DNA of 64,000 nucleotides from Escherichia coli (GTDB lineage Bacteria; Pseudomonadota; Gammaproteobacteria; Enterobacterales; Enterobacteriaceae): NCBI RefSeq assembly GCF_003991155.1, contig NZ_CP031295.1; one strand, 5' to 3'. Shown piece by piece: positions 52,250 to 64,000 of this stretch (position 1 is its first letter; each line of letters starts with the position of its first letter). The notes under the pieces were generated by a model. It saw only the letters and a program-made list of their open reading frames with translations, ran no database searches and was not told where the DNA came from. The position numbers and the translations under genes were made by a program.

Positions 52250-53263
52250 CTACCTCTCACTAGTGAGGGGCGGCAGCGCATCAAGCGGTGAGCGCACTCC
52301 GGCACCGCCAACTTTCAGCACATGCGTGTAAATCATCGTCGTAGAGACGTCGGAATGGCCGAGCAGATCCTGCACGGTTCGAATGTCGTAACCGCTGCGG
52401 AGCAAGGCCGTCGCGAACGAGTGGCGGAGGGTGTGCGGTGTGGCGGGCTTCGTGATGCCTGCTTGTTCTACGGCACGTTTGAAGGCGCGCTGAAAGGTCT
52501 GGTCATACATGTGATGGCGACGCACGACACCGCTCCGTGGATCGGTCGAATGCGTGTGCTGCGCAAAAACCCAGAACCACGGCCAGGAATGCCCGGCGCG
52601 CGGATACTTCCGCTCAAGGGCGTCGGGAAGCGCAACGCCGCTGCGGCCCTCGGCCTGGTCCTTCAGCCACCATGCCCGTGCACGCGACAGCTGCTCGCGC
52701 AGGCTGGGTGCCAAGCTCTCGGGTAACATCAAGGCCCGATCCTTGGAGCCCTTGCCCTCCCGCACGATGATCGTGCCGTGATCGAAATCCAGATCCTTGA
52801 CCCGCAGTTGCAAACCCTCACTGATCCGCATGCCCGTTCCATACAGAAGCTGGGCGAACAAACGATGCTCGCCTTCCAGAAAACCGAGGATGCGAACCAC
52901 TTCATCCGGGGTCAGCACCACCGGCAAGCGCCGCGACGGCCGAGGTCTTCCGATCTCCTGAAGCCAGGGCAGATCCGTGCACAGCACCTTGCCGTAGAAG
53001 AACAGCAAGGCCGCCAATGCCTGACGATGCGTGGAGACCGAAACCTTGCGCTCGTTCGCCAGCCAGGACAGAAATGCCTCGACTTCGCTGCTGCCCAAGG
53101 TTGCCGGGTGACGCACACCGTGGAAACGGATGAAGGCACGAACCCAGTGGACATAAGCCTGTTCGGTTGGTAAGCTGTAATGCAAGTAGCGTATGCGCTC
53201 ACGCAACTGGTCCAGAACCTTGACCGAACGCAGCGGTGGTAACGGCGCAGTGGCGGTTTTCAT
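52250..53263 (-). CDS. intI1: Class 1 integron integrase IntI1
   Basis: 337 aa [30 protein letters not shown]... Confidence 0.97.
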   Translation of the reverse strand: MKTATAPLPPLRSVKVLDQLRERIRYLHYSLPTEQAYVHWVRAFIRFHGVRHPATLGSSEVEAFLSWLANERKVSVSTHRQALAALLFFYGKVLCTDLPWLQEIGRPRPSRRLPVVLTPDEVVRILGFLEGEHRLFAQLLYGTGMRISEGLQLRVKDLDFDHGTIIVREGKGSKDRALMLPESLAPSLREQLSRARAWWLKDQAEGRSGVALPDALERKYPRAGHSWPWFWVFAQHTHSTDPRSGVVRRHHMYDQTFQRAFKRAVEQAGITKPATPHTLRHSFATALLRSGYDIRTVQDLLGHSDVSTTMIYTHVLKVGGAGVRSPLDALPPLTSER

Positions 53264-53299
53264 GGCTTGTTATGACTGTTTTTTTGTACAGTCTATGCC

Positions 53300-53400
53300 T
53301 CGGGCATCCAAGCAGCAAGCGCGTTACGCCGTGGGTCGATGTTTGATGTTATGGAGCAGCAACGATGTTACGCAGCAGGGCAGTCGCCCTAAAACAAAGT
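53300..53400 (+). promoter_or_regulatory. attI1 recombination site region
   Basis: ...CCCTAAAACAAAG|TTAGCC crossover directly before dfrA12 cassette. Confidence 0.7.
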
Positions 53401-53407
53401 TAGCCAT

Positions 53408-53905
53408 ATGAACTCGGAATCAGTACGCATTTATCTCGTTGCTGCGATGGGAGCCAATCGGGTTATTGGCAATGGTCCTAATATCCCCTGGAAAATTCCG
53501 GGTGAGCAGAAGATTTTTCGCAGACTCACTGAGGGAAAAGTCGTTGTCATGGGGCGAAAGACCTTTGAGTCTATCGGCAAGCCTCTACCGAACCGTCACA
53601 CATTGGTAATCTCACGCCAAGCTAACTACCGCGCCACTGGCTGCGTAGTTGTTTCAACGCTGTCGCACGCTATCGCTTTGGCATCCGAACTCGGCAATGA
53701 ACTCTACGTCGCGGGCGGAGCTGAGATATACACTCTGGCACTACCTCACGCCCACGGCGTGTTTCTATCTGAGGTACATCAAACCTTCGAGGGTGACGCC
53801 TTCTTCCCAATGCTCAACGAAACAGAATTCGAGCTTGTCTCAACCGAAACCATTCAAGCTGTAATTCCGTACACCCACTCCGTTTATGCGCGTCGAAACG
53901 GCTAA
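53408..53905 (+). CDS. dfrA12: Trimethoprim-resistant dihydrofolate reductase DfrA12
   Basis: 165 aa matching DfrA12. Confidence 0.93.
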   Translation: MNSESVRIYLVAAMGANRVIGNGPNIPWKIPGEQKIFRRLTEGKVVVMGRKTFESIGKPLPNRHTLVISRQANYRATGCVVVSTLSHAIALASELGNELYVAGGAEIYTLALPHAHGVFLSEVHQTFEGDAFFPMLNETEFELVSTETIQAVIPYTHSVYARRNG

Positions 53906-54016
53906 CCATTCCGTCAACGGGACGCCAAAATGCTGCGCATTTTGGTTCCCTCCGCTGCGCTCCGGCTCTCGTTACGTCCAACGTTAGCACCACTGAAACC
54001 CAGCTTTATTTAGCTC

Positions 54017-54307
54017 ATGTTTATTCAAACGGCATTTAGCTTTTCAGGCGTTATTCAGTGCCTGTTTTGCCTTTTTTCCGGGCTTCGCCTGCATGGGCTG
54101 CGCAGGTTTTCAGTCTTTTTGGCCTCTAGCCCTTGCGTAGCAAGCGCAAGCAGCTATCGTTTTTGCAGTGCTGTGCCGCCTCGGTGGCGCAGCGTTTTTT
54201 CACGGTTAGCGCCCGTCGCCAAATTCAAGTTATCCGTTTTGGCTTCTGGTTCTAACATTTCGGTCAAGCCGACCCGCATTCTGCGGTCGGCTTACCTCGC
54301 CCGTTAG
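54017..54307 (+). CDS. gcuF: Gene cassette ORF of unknown function (gcuF/orfF)
   Basis: 96-aa ORF in the position of orfF in dfrA12-orfF-aadA2 arrays. Confidence 0.7.
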   Translation: MFIQTAFSFSGVIQCLFCLFSGLRLHGLRRFSVFLASSPCVASASSYRFCSAVPPRWRSVFSRLAPVAKFKLSVLASGSNISVKPTRILRSAYLAR

Positions 54308-54312
54308 ACATC

Positions 54313-55104
54313 ATGAGGGAAGCGGTGACCATCGAAATTTCGAACCAACTATCAGAGGTGCTAAGCGTCATTGAGCGCCATCTGGAATCAACGTTGCTGG
54401 CCGTGCATTTGTACGGCTCCGCAGTGGATGGCGGCCTGAAGCCATACAGCGATATTGATTTGTTGGTTACTGTGGCCGTAAAGCTTGATGAAACGACGCG
54501 GCGAGCATTGCTCAATGATCTTATGGAGGCTTCGGCTTTCCCTGGCGAGAGCGAGACGCTCCGCGCTATAGAAGTCACCCTTGTCGTGCATGACGACATC
54601 ATCCCGTGGCGTTATCCGGCTAAGCGCGAGCTGCAATTTGGAGAATGGCAGCGCAATGACATTCTTGCGGGTATCTTCGAGCCAGCCATGATCGACATTG
54701 ATCTAGCTATCCTGCTTACAAAAGCAAGAGAACATAGCGTTGCCTTGGTAGGTCCGGCAGCGGAGGAATTCTTTGACCCGGTTCCTGAACAGGATCTATT
54801 CGAGGCGCTGAGGGAAACCTTGAAGCTATGGAACTCGCAGCCCGACTGGGCCGGCGATGAGCGAAATGTAGTGCTTACGTTGTCCCGCATTTGGTACAGC
54901 GCAATAACCGGCAAAATCGCGCCGAAGGATGTCGCTGCCGACTGGGCAATAAAACGCCTACCTGCCCAGTATCAGCCCGTCTTACTTGAAGCTAAGCAAG
55001 CTTATCTGGGACAAAAAGAAGATCACTTGGCCTCACGCGCAGATCACTTGGAAGAATTTATTCGCTTTGTGAAAGGCGAGATCATCAAGTCAGTTGGTAA
55101 ATGA
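54313..55104 (+). CDS. aadA2: Aminoglycoside adenylyltransferase AadA2
   Basis: 263 aa matching AadA2. Confidence 0.93.
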   Translation: MREAVTIEISNQLSEVLSVIERHLESTLLAVHLYGSAVDGGLKPYSDIDLLVTVAVKLDETTRRALLNDLMEASAFPGESETLRAIEVTLVVHDDIIPWRYPAKRELQFGEWQRNDILAGIFEPAMIDIDLAILLTKAREHSVALVGPAAEEFFDPVPEQDLFEALRETLKLWNSQPDWAGDERNVVLTLSRIWYSAITGKIAPKDVAADWAIKRLPAQYQPVLLEAKQAYLGQKEDHLASRADHLEEFIRFVKGEIIKSVGK

Positions 55105-55365
55105 TGTCTAACAATTCGTTCAAGCCGACCGCGCTACGCGCGGCGGCTTAACTCCGGCGTTGGGCGCACAATAAGGCTCCTTGCAGAGTTGCTTGAAAGT
55201 TGTTACGATTCAAATTCAATCATGAGATAGTCAGCAGATGAGCACTTCCAAGAACGCAGACAAGTAAGCCGCAGCAACCTTCATTTTTCGGTTGTTGCGG
55301 CGTTCTCATGAATCCTTTTGCTCTACGGGAGCGCCGCCAAATCCTTTGTTCAAGGAGATGGTTTC

Positions 55366-56625
55366 GTGAGCTCAAAAAACTTTAGTTGGCGGTACTCCCT
55401 TGCCGCCACGGTGTTGTTGTTATCACCGTTCGATTTATTGGCATCACTCGGCATGGACATGTACTTGCCAGCAGTGCCGTTTATGCCAAACGCGCTTGGT
55501 ACGACAGCGAGCACAATTCAGCTTACGCTGACAACGTACTTGGTCATGATTGGTGCCGGTCAGCTCTTGTTTGGACCGCTATCGGACCGACTGGGGCGCC
55601 GCCCCGTTCTACTGGGAGGTGGCCTCGCCTACGTTGTGGCGTCAATGGGCCTCGCTCTTACGTCATCGGCTGAAGTCTTTCTGGGGCTTCGGATTCTTCA
55701 GGCTTGTGGTGCCTCGGCGTGCCTTGTTTCCACATTTGCAACAGTACGTGACATTTACGCAGGTCGCGAGGAAAGTAATGTCATTTACGGCATACTCGGA
55801 TCCATGCTGGCCATGGTCCCGGCGGTAGGCCCATTGCTCGGAGCGCTCGTCGACATGTGGCTTGGGTGGCGGGCTATCTTTGCGTTTCTAGGTTTGGGCA
55901 TGATCGCTGCATCTGCAGCAGCGTGGCGATTCTGGCCTGAAACCCGGGTGCAACGAGTTGCGGGCTTGCAATGGTCGCAGCTGCTACTCCCCGTTAAGTG
56001 CCTGAACTTCTGGTTGTACACGTTGTGTTACGCCGCTGGAATGGGTAGCTTCTTCGTCTTTTTCTCCATTGCGCCCGGACTAATGATGGGCAGGCAAGGT
56101 GTGTCTCAGCTTGGCTTCAGCCTGCTGTTCGCCACAGTGGCAATTGCCATGGTGTTTACGGCTCGTTTTATGGGGCGTGTGATACCCAAGTGGGGCAGCC
56201 CAAGTGTCTTGCGAATGGGAATGGGATGCCTGATAGCTGGAGCAGTATTGCTTGCCATCACCGAAATATGGGCTTTGCAGTCCGTGTTAGGCTTTATTGC
56301 TCCAATGTGGCTAGTGGGTATTGGTGTCGCCACAGCGGTATCTGTGGCGCCCAATGGCGCTCTTCGAGGATTCGACCATGTTGCTGGAACGGTCACGGCA
56401 GTCTACTTCTGCTTGGGCGGTGTACTGCTAGGAAGCATCGGAACGTTGATCATTTCGCTGTTGCCGCGCAACACGGCTTGGCCGGTTGTCGTGTACTGTT
56501 TGACCCTTGCAACAGTCGTGCTCGGTCTGTCTTGTGTTTCCCGAGTGAAGGGCTCTCGCGGCCAGGGGGAGCATGATGTGGTCGCGCTACAAAGTGCGGA
56601 AAGTACATCAAATCCCAATCGTTGA
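55366..56625 (+). CDS. cmlA1: Chloramphenicol MFS exporter CmlA1
   Basis: 419 aa from GTG start (MSSKNFSWRYSLAAT...). Confidence 0.9.
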   Translation: MSSKNFSWRYSLAATVLLLSPFDLLASLGMDMYLPAVPFMPNALGTTASTIQLTLTTYLVMIGAGQLLFGPLSDRLGRRPVLLGGGLAYVVASMGLALTSSAEVFLGLRILQACGASACLVSTFATVRDIYAGREESNVIYGILGSMLAMVPAVGPLLGALVDMWLGWRAIFAFLGLGMIAASAAAWRFWPETRVQRVAGLQWSQLLLPVKCLNFWLYTLCYAAGMGSFFVFFSIAPGLMMGRQGVSQLGFSLLFATVAIAMVFTARFMGRVIPKWGSPSVLRMGMGCLIAGAVLLAITEIWALQSVLGFIAPMWLVGIGVATAVSVAPNGALRGFDHVAGTVTAVYFCLGGVLLGSIGTLIISLLPRNTAWPVVVYCLTLATVVLGLSCVSRVKGSRGQGEHDVVALQSAESTSNPNR

Positions 56626-56717
56626 GAGAATGTGGCAAGCTATCGCCCAACAAATCGCTGCAGCCGACCCAAAACCGCTACGCGGTTTCGGTCGGCTGAG
56701 CTCAGGCGTTAAACATC

Positions 56718-57509
56718 ATGAGGGAAGCGGTGATCGCCGAAGTATCGACTCAACTATCAGAGGTAGTTGGCGTCATCGAGCGCCATCTCGAACCGACGTT
56801 GCTGGCCGTACATTTGTACGGCTCCGCAGTGGATGGCGGCCTGAAGCCACACAGTGATATTGATTTGCTGGTTACGGTGACCGTAAGGCTTGATGAAACA
56901 ACGCGGCGAGCTTTGATCAACGACCTTTTGGAAACTTCGGCTTCCCCTGGAGAGAGCGAGATTCTCCGCGCTGTAGAAGTCACCATTGTTGTGCACGACG
57001 ACATCATTCCGTGGCGTTATCCAGCTAAGCGCGAACTGCAATTTGGAGAATGGCAGCGCAATGACATTCTTGCAGGTATCTTCGAGCCAGCCACGATCGA
57101 CATTGATCTGGCTATCTTGCTGACAAAAGCAAGAGAACATAGCGTTGCCTTGGTAGGTCCAGCGGCGGAGGAACTCTTTGATCCGGTTCCTGAACAGGAT
57201 CTATTTGAGGCGCTAAATGAAACCTTAACGCTATGGAACTCGCCGCCCGACTGGGCTGGCGATGAGCGAAATGTAGTGCTTACGTTGTCCCGCATTTGGT
57301 ACAGCGCAGTAACCGGCAAAATCGCGCCGAAGGATGTCGCTGCCGACTGGGCAATGGAGCGCCTGCCGGCCCAGTATCAGCCCGTCATACTTGAAGCTAG
57401 ACAGGCTTATCTTGGACAAGAAGAAGATCGCTTGGCCTCCCGCGCAGATCAGTTGGAAGAATTTGTTCACTACGTGAAAGGCGAGATCACCAAGGTAGTC
57501 GGCAAATAA
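56718..57509 (+). CDS. aadA1: Aminoglycoside adenylyltransferase AadA1
   Basis: 263 aa matching AadA1. Confidence 0.93.
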   Translation: MREAVIAEVSTQLSEVVGVIERHLEPTLLAVHLYGSAVDGGLKPHSDIDLLVTVTVRLDETTRRALINDLLETSASPGESEILRAVEVTIVVHDDIIPWRYPAKRELQFGEWQRNDILAGIFEPATIDIDLAILLTKAREHSVALVGPAAEELFDPVPEQDLFEALNETLTLWNSPPDWAGDERNVVLTLSRIWYSAVTGKIAPKDVAADWAMERLPAQYQPVILEARQAYLGQEEDRLASRADQLEEFVHYVKGEITKVVGK

Positions 57510-57678
57510 TGTCTAACAATTCGTTCAAGCCGACGCCGCTTCGCGGCGCGGCTTAACTCAAGCGTTAGATGCCAGATTTGGCGTTGCGTATGCTCACAGA
57601 AAATCGACAGCCGCAAGACTGTTTTTGGCAACTCATAGCCACCACTATTTATCCTTCATACCGTAGAGGAGATTGCAC

Positions 57679-58011
57679 GTGAAGAACTGGCTCTTTCTGG
57701 CTATTGCAATATTTGGTGAGGTCGTCGCAACTTCCGCACTGAAGTCCAGCCATGGATTCACCAAGTTAGTTCCTTCTGTTGTAGTTGTGGCTGGCTACGG
57801 GCTTGCGTTCTATTTCCTCTCTCTCGCACTCAAGTCCATCCCGGTCGGCATTGCTTATGCTGTTTGGGCTGGCCTCGGCATCGTACTTGTGGCAGCTATC
57901 GCTTGGATCTTCCATGGCCAGAAACTAGACTTGTGGGCGTTCGTTGGCATGGGACTTATCGTTAGTGGCGTCGCCGTTCTAAATCTGCTATCCAAGGTCA
58001 GCGCACATTGA
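57679..58011 (+). CDS. qacH: SMR quaternary-ammonium efflux protein QacH (qacL/qacF-like)
   Basis: 110 aa four-TM SMR; GTG start with GAGGAG RBS; attC ends at G|TT junction at 58075/58076. Confidence 0.85.
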   Translation: MKNWLFLAIAIFGEVVATSALKSSHGFTKLVPSVVVVAGYGLAFYFLSLALKSIPVGIAYAVWAGLGIVLVAAIAWIFHGQKLDLWAFVGMGLIVSGVAVLNLLSKVSAH

Positions 58012-58073
58012 TCGGGCTGGCATCTAACAGTTCATTCAAGCCGACGCCGCTTCGCGGCGCGGCTTAATTCAGG

Positions 58074-59116
58074 TGTTAGTCGGACGCCTACGGCGCCGAG
58101 GAAAAAAGAAACCAAACCATTCTTGCTGCCAAAGAGAAAAACCCCTTACGGTGGCGTACTGGGAAAGTGCGTATCTACGACGCCTTGCCGGTCTCAATGT
58201 CATGCCGTCCTCTTTCGAAGGCTGCTTGATGCAAACCTCTCAAAAATCTGGCATAAACTATCTTGACATATTCCGATTGAACACCTTCCGAATATCAGCG
58301 GCTATCAGCGGGATCTCATCTTTTTTCGTGACGTAGGAGTGGGCATTCTGCTGCAGATGAAACTGGCAGCGTTGCCACAGAATTCCAGGGAAGACAGCAT
58401 CGATTGCCGCGCGCAGTCCTGAGTGGTCATCACTGGTGATCATTCGCAGGCCGTGCATCCCTCGTCGTACGAGACCCTCGAGAAAGGAACGCCAGTTTAC
58501 CTCTGCCTCACTGTTCGCGACTTCGGCGTCAAGAATATGCCGATTCCCGCTGTAATCAACGCCAATAGCCACTAGAAGCGCCTGCTTGACCACATGGGAA
58601 CCGACGCGAACCGATTCATAGGTCGCATCAAGTACCAAGTATTGAATCTGTCCGACAGGCTGCGCCTTCCAAGACGTAATCTCTTCATCGAGCTCCTTTG
58701 CCAGCCTGCTGACCTGGGACGAGCTGACTTCGGTGCCACAAAGAATTTCGACGATATCCGAGACCCTGCGGGTACTTACTCCTTTGACATACATTTCGGC
58801 GATGGCGAGCTTGAGAGCACGCTCACTGCGCATGCCTTTCTCGATGCAGCTGGGATAAAACTCCATCCCGCGAACTTGTGGTACTTTCAAGAGGACTTTC
58901 CCGGTCGCAAGATTGAATATTGGATTATTTGGATTTACCAACAAACACTACTATTTAGCTACGAAAACTCAAGAGAAGTACACAAAACCTTTTGGAAGTG
59001 ATGGAAGTTTAAGTCCTCTTGATTATAGTGTAGGTATTGGAACAGGTTTAGAATTAGGACATTTCCAGTTTATGTTTGGCTATGATTACCCTCTTAGTAA
59101 CAGTTCGAAAGATCCA
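58074..59116 (-). mobile_element. IS256-family remnant, copy B (inverted relative to copy A)
   Basis: 1043 bp identical to 30513-31555 in reverse orientation. Confidence 0.8.
58258..58944 (-). pseudogene. IS256-family transposase fragment
   Basis: Identical 228-aa fragment to 30685-31371. Confidence 0.75.
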
Positions 59117-59161
59117 AGAGCCGATAAAATGAGATTGTATTAATCTCATTTTATCGGCTCT
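59117..59161. repeat. Perfect 20-bp inverted repeat with 5-nt loop at the IS256-remnant/tet(M) junction
   Basis: AGAGCCGATAAAATGAGATT-GTATT-AATCTCATTTTATCGGCTCT. Confidence 0.85.
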
Positions 59162-59436
59162 GCGTCTTTGCGTCTGGCTCTGTAATCACAGTTACTTTGA
59201 ACTGCTTTATTTCAATTAAATTTTCTTGTCTGCATTTCGGACAATAGAGGGGGAATTTTTTTAATTCAGTATCTTCCCTTATCTTTAATCGTGTTTTATT
59301 TCCACATACAGGACACAATATTCACTTGTAGTTTATAATAACTATCTCCTCCTTTACACTTTAATTCAAATCTTTATTAAAGAATATTTCATCTTATTTA
59401 ACAAGAAACCATATTTATATAACAACATAAAATACA

Positions 59437-61356
59437 CTAAGTTATTTTATTGAACATATATCGTACTTTATCTATCCGACTATTTGGACGACGGGGCTGG
59501 CAAACAGGTTCACCGGTAGTAACATGGTACCCTTTTAACTCTGTTAAACAAACACTACGTCCATTTGTAAAAAAAGTTAAATCATTGCGATAATCTTGAA
59601 TACATCGAGCAGGAATTTCTCCAATAATAATGACCTCATTATTTTTCAGTTGAGTATTTACGATATTTGCACAATATTTGGGAGCATCGTTATATGCCCG
59701 TGAAAGATATTCCTGTGGTGCATAAACTTTAAAACTAAGATATGGCTCTAACAATTCTGTTCCAGCTTTTCTAAAGGCTTGCTCCAGTACAATAGGAGTA
59801 AGCATCCGAAAATCTGCTGGAGTACTAACAGGGCTATAGTATAAACCGTACTTAAAACAGATTTTACAATCCGTCACATTCCAACCATATAATCCTTGTT
59901 CGCAACCATAGCGTATCCCTTCCATAACTGCATTTTGAAATGATTGATTTAAGTATCCAAGAGAAACCGAGCTCTCATACTGCATTCCACTTCCCAACGG
60001 AAGCGGTGATACAGATAAACCAATGGAAGCCCAGAAAGGATTTGGCGGCACTTCGATGTGAATGGTATATTCTGCATTTTTTAACGGTCTCTCCATATAA
60101 ATGACTGTAGGCTCTTTTAGTTCTATCTCCACATGATACTTTTCTTGCAACAGTGCACTAATCACTTCCATTTGTACTTTCCCTAAGAAAGAAAGTATAA
60201 TTTCATGTGTCGTAGAATCCACGTAATATCGTAGAAGCGGATCACTATCTGAGATTTCCAAAAGGGCATCAAGCAACATTTCCCTTTGTTGAGGTTTGCT
60301 CGGTTCAACAGTCGTTTGCAGCAGAGGGAGGGGATTTTCAATTCTCTCTCTCTGTGGCAATAGCTTTGTATCTCCAAGAACACTATTTAACTTCAAAAAC
60401 TCATTCTGCAAAATAACAATTTCCCCGGAATAAGCCTTATCAATTTTACATAATTCACCATTTATTGAAGTATACATTTCTGTAATTTTTATTTTTTCCT
60501 TTTCCGATATTCTAACCGAATCTCGCAAATGCAGTACGCCACTATAAAGACGTATATATGCAAGACGCTGTCTTTTTTCCGAATACTCAATTTTGAAAAC
60601 TTTTCCGCAAAGTTCAGACTGACCTCGATGTGTTGATGAATAAAATTTATTCGTAATCACTTCTATAAGGTTATCAATCCCTATATTGTTTTTTGCACTT
60701 CCGTGATAAACAGGGAACAGGGAACAATTATGAAATCTTATGCTTTCCTCTTGTTCGAGTTCTAATGCTTCCAATAATTTCCCAGACGTATATTTCTCCA
60801 AAAGGTAATCATTTCCTTCTATTACCATATCCCATTGTTCAGATTCGGTAAAGTTCATTACACGCATATTAGGATGCAGTTCTACCTTCTGTTTGATTAC
60901 AATTTCCGCAGAAAGTTTCTCTTTAATATCCTGATAAACCGTTGATAAATCAATTCCATTTTGGTCAATCTTATTGATAAAAAAGATTGTGGGAATACCT
61001 ATTTTCCTAAGTGCATGAAACAATATACGAGTTTGTGCTTGTACGCCATCTTTTGCAGAAATCAGTAGAATTGCCCCATCTAATACTGATAATGAACGAT
61101 ATACTTCTGCTAAGAAATCCATATGTCCTGGCGTGTCTATGATGTTCACCTTCGTATTTTCCCACTGAAAAGAGGTTATTCCTGTCTGAATTGTAATTCC
61201 TCTCTGACGTTCTAAAAGCGTATTATCCGTCCTCGTTGTACCTTTGTCCACGCTTCCTAATTCTGTAATCGCTCCACTGTTATATAATAAGCTTTCTGTT
61301 AAGGTAGTTTTTCCTGCATCAACATGAGCTAAAACTCCAATATTAATAATTTTCAT
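59437..61356 (-). CDS. tet(M): Ribosomal protection protein Tet(M)
   Basis: 639 aa from [25 protein letters not shown]...; low-GC segment. Confidence 0.93.
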   Translation of the reverse strand: MKIINIGVLAHVDAGKTTLTESLLYNSGAITELGSVDKGTTRTDNTLLERQRGITIQTGITSFQWENTKVNIIDTPGHMDFLAEVYRSLSVLDGAILLISAKDGVQAQTRILFHALRKIGIPTIFFINKIDQNGIDLSTVYQDIKEKLSAEIVIKQKVELHPNMRVMNFTESEQWDMVIEGNDYLLEKYTSGKLLEALELEQEESIRFHNCSLFPVYHGSAKNNIGIDNLIEVITNKFYSSTHRGQSELCGKVFKIEYSEKRQRLAYIRLYSGVLHLRDSVRISEKEKIKITEMYTSINGELCKIDKAYSGEIVILQNEFLKLNSVLGDTKLLPQRERIENPLPLLQTTVEPSKPQQREMLLDALLEISDSDPLLRYYVDSTTHEIILSFLGKVQMEVISALLQEKYHVEIELKEPTVIYMERPLKNAEYTIHIEVPPNPFWASIGLSVSPLPLGSGMQYESSVSLGYLNQSFQNAVMEGIRYGCEQGLYGWNVTDCKICFKYGLYYSPVSTPADFRMLTPIVLEQAFRKAGTELLEPYLSFKVYAPQEYLSRAYNDAPKYCANIVNTQLKNNEVIIIGEIPARCIQDYRNDLTFFTNGRSVCLTELKGYHVTTGEPVCQPRRPNSRIDKVRYMFNKIT

Positions 61357-61720
61357 GTGATTTTCCTCCATTCAAAAGCCCAAAAGGGCATAAAAATCCC
61401 AGTGATAAATACTCTTATCACTGGGATTTTTATGCATAACCATAGGCATACAAAGCATACAGATATTCTCCGGATACTTTAGAATCACATGATAAAGGTA
61501 TTCTTAAACTGGGTACAAAAAACTAAGCCCTCCTAAAAAAGGACATCCAATTATTTGTTCCCACTATCAAATTGACAGTTTATTTAAGAATACCTTGCCG
61601 CATATTTATTAACTCCTTTTAAATAGATACTTAAATAATAGCACGTAAGAGCATATTTGTAAAGGAATCTCCAATTTTTTATCAAAGAGAGTACGTGATT
61701 ACAAAATAGCTGTAATAATG
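61357..61720 (-). promoter_or_regulatory. tet(M) upstream leader/attenuator region
   Basis: Hairpin CCCAGTGATAA...TTATCACTGGG with T-tract just upstream of tet(M). Confidence 0.5.
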
Positions 61721-61732
61721 TACCAATATTTG

Positions 61733-62201
61733 TTATTCTATAATCTTCCAATTACTCCCGTTCTTTTCAAGTACCAAATCAAATTGAGATACCTGCGTTG
61801 CTTTGGTCTGCTGGTCGATATACTCCACTGTCAGCGATACCGTGACTTGATTATCCTTACGATTGTAAATAGGATTTACCAGTTCTTGAAAGATGTACTC
61901 TTTTCCGATTGGTTTTAATATCCCGTCATTCACATAGTAGGAAAGTTCACTGGCTGTCGCTGTAGGATAGAGCTTGAAGAACGTCGTTAAAAACTCATTG
62001 ATTTCATTGGTTGTAATGGAATCAACCGTACCCTCACTTTCAATAGCTTTTGGTTTATAGTCTGATTTCTTTGGTATGCTAGTAATGGTCGGATTCTTAA
62101 TGAGGACCATATTTCCAGTACTGTCTACATAGACACTCACTATATAAGCAGAGTGGACGGTCTTTGTATTTTCCCCCTCTGTAATGAGTTGGTCTACACT
62201 G
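61733..62201 (-). pseudogene. Tn916 orf13-like gene fragment truncated by IS26
   Basis: ORF N-terminus (MNKTKGCLIANFA) is encoded by the IS26 end; position upstream of tet(M) as in Tn916. Confidence 0.4.
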
Positions 62202-63550
<1,349 letters not shown>

Positions 63551-64000
63551 GATTTACTGAGACAGAATCTTTGCCCCTGAGTCTAAGGATGATCGTATAA
63601 CGTGATTTTCGGTCTACAAGTGTGGCTATATGAGAGTTTTTTGTACCTGAGACTAAATCGCCCTCCCAATGCCCCAGAGAGCGTCTGTTATCGATATTTC
63701 GGGAACGTTCGTGAATTGGTGTTCCGTTCACTATGTTAATCGTACCTCTTTCGCCTTTGCGGGTATGACGCCTGCCATGGCGAAGGCTATGCGACCGTCG
63801 CAGATGCTGTATATTCAGGTGGTGTAGCGCTTCACGGCTACGAAAGTACAGCGTTTTATAAATTGTCTCAGGTGATATTCGCAGCGTTTTTTGACGTGGT
63901 TTTGTTCGCCTTAACCATCCTGATATTTGCTCTGGAGACCATTTCATCTCCAGCTTTTCCAGAACAAGCTTTCGCAATGGTAAATTTTGATCCAGTAAGC
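63551..64000 (-). pseudogene. IS30 transposase fragment, interrupted by the IS3-family element and running off the window
   Basis: Matches the middle of IS30 transposase (HWEGDLVSGTKNSHIATLVDRKSRY...). Confidence 0.8.

Noticed and set aside
52322..53173. ORFs antisense to intI1
   Set aside because: Embedded in intI1; Pc/attI signals in this region are regulatory, not additional genes.

Overview
This 64-kb window reads as part of a large enterobacterial F-like multiresistance plasmid: roughly 21 kb of backbone followed by a 43-kb IS-driven resistance mosaic. All calls come from reading the supplied ORF translations and DNA motifs against recalled protein families and IS termini; no database search was run, so family names are recall-based and coordinates of element ends are approximate to a few bp. 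Backbone (1-21283): a RepE-like Rep_3 initiator with iteron-like repeats and DnaA boxes, a tyrosine recombinase, a GAF-GGDEF cyclase, an AT-rich islet with a split McrA-like HNH nuclease ORF, and a complete silESRCFBAGP silver/copper efflux cluster ending in a pcoG-like gene cut by IS1. Mosaic (21284-64000): IS1, an E. coli-type malT (frameshifted by a 25-bp tandem duplication) and rtcA 3' fragment, IS110-family remnant, three IS26 copies, sul3 module, IS5-family element, Tn501-like tnpA fragment, ISAba1-sul2, ISCR2-floR, IS1006-like element, Tn21 tnpA/tnpR with a class 1 integron (intI1-dfrA12-gcuF-aadA2-cmlA1-aadA1-qacH), tet(M) from a Tn916-like source, and IS3/IS30 fragments. The most interesting item is a second, apparently intact integron-integrase gene (31774-32745, not IntI1/2/3 by recall) whose upstream attI-like region meets the IS256-family remnant/sul3 module at exactly the same G|TTAGTCGG junction that follows the qacH attC in the class 1 integron. 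No rRNA, tRNA or CRISPR array was seen.
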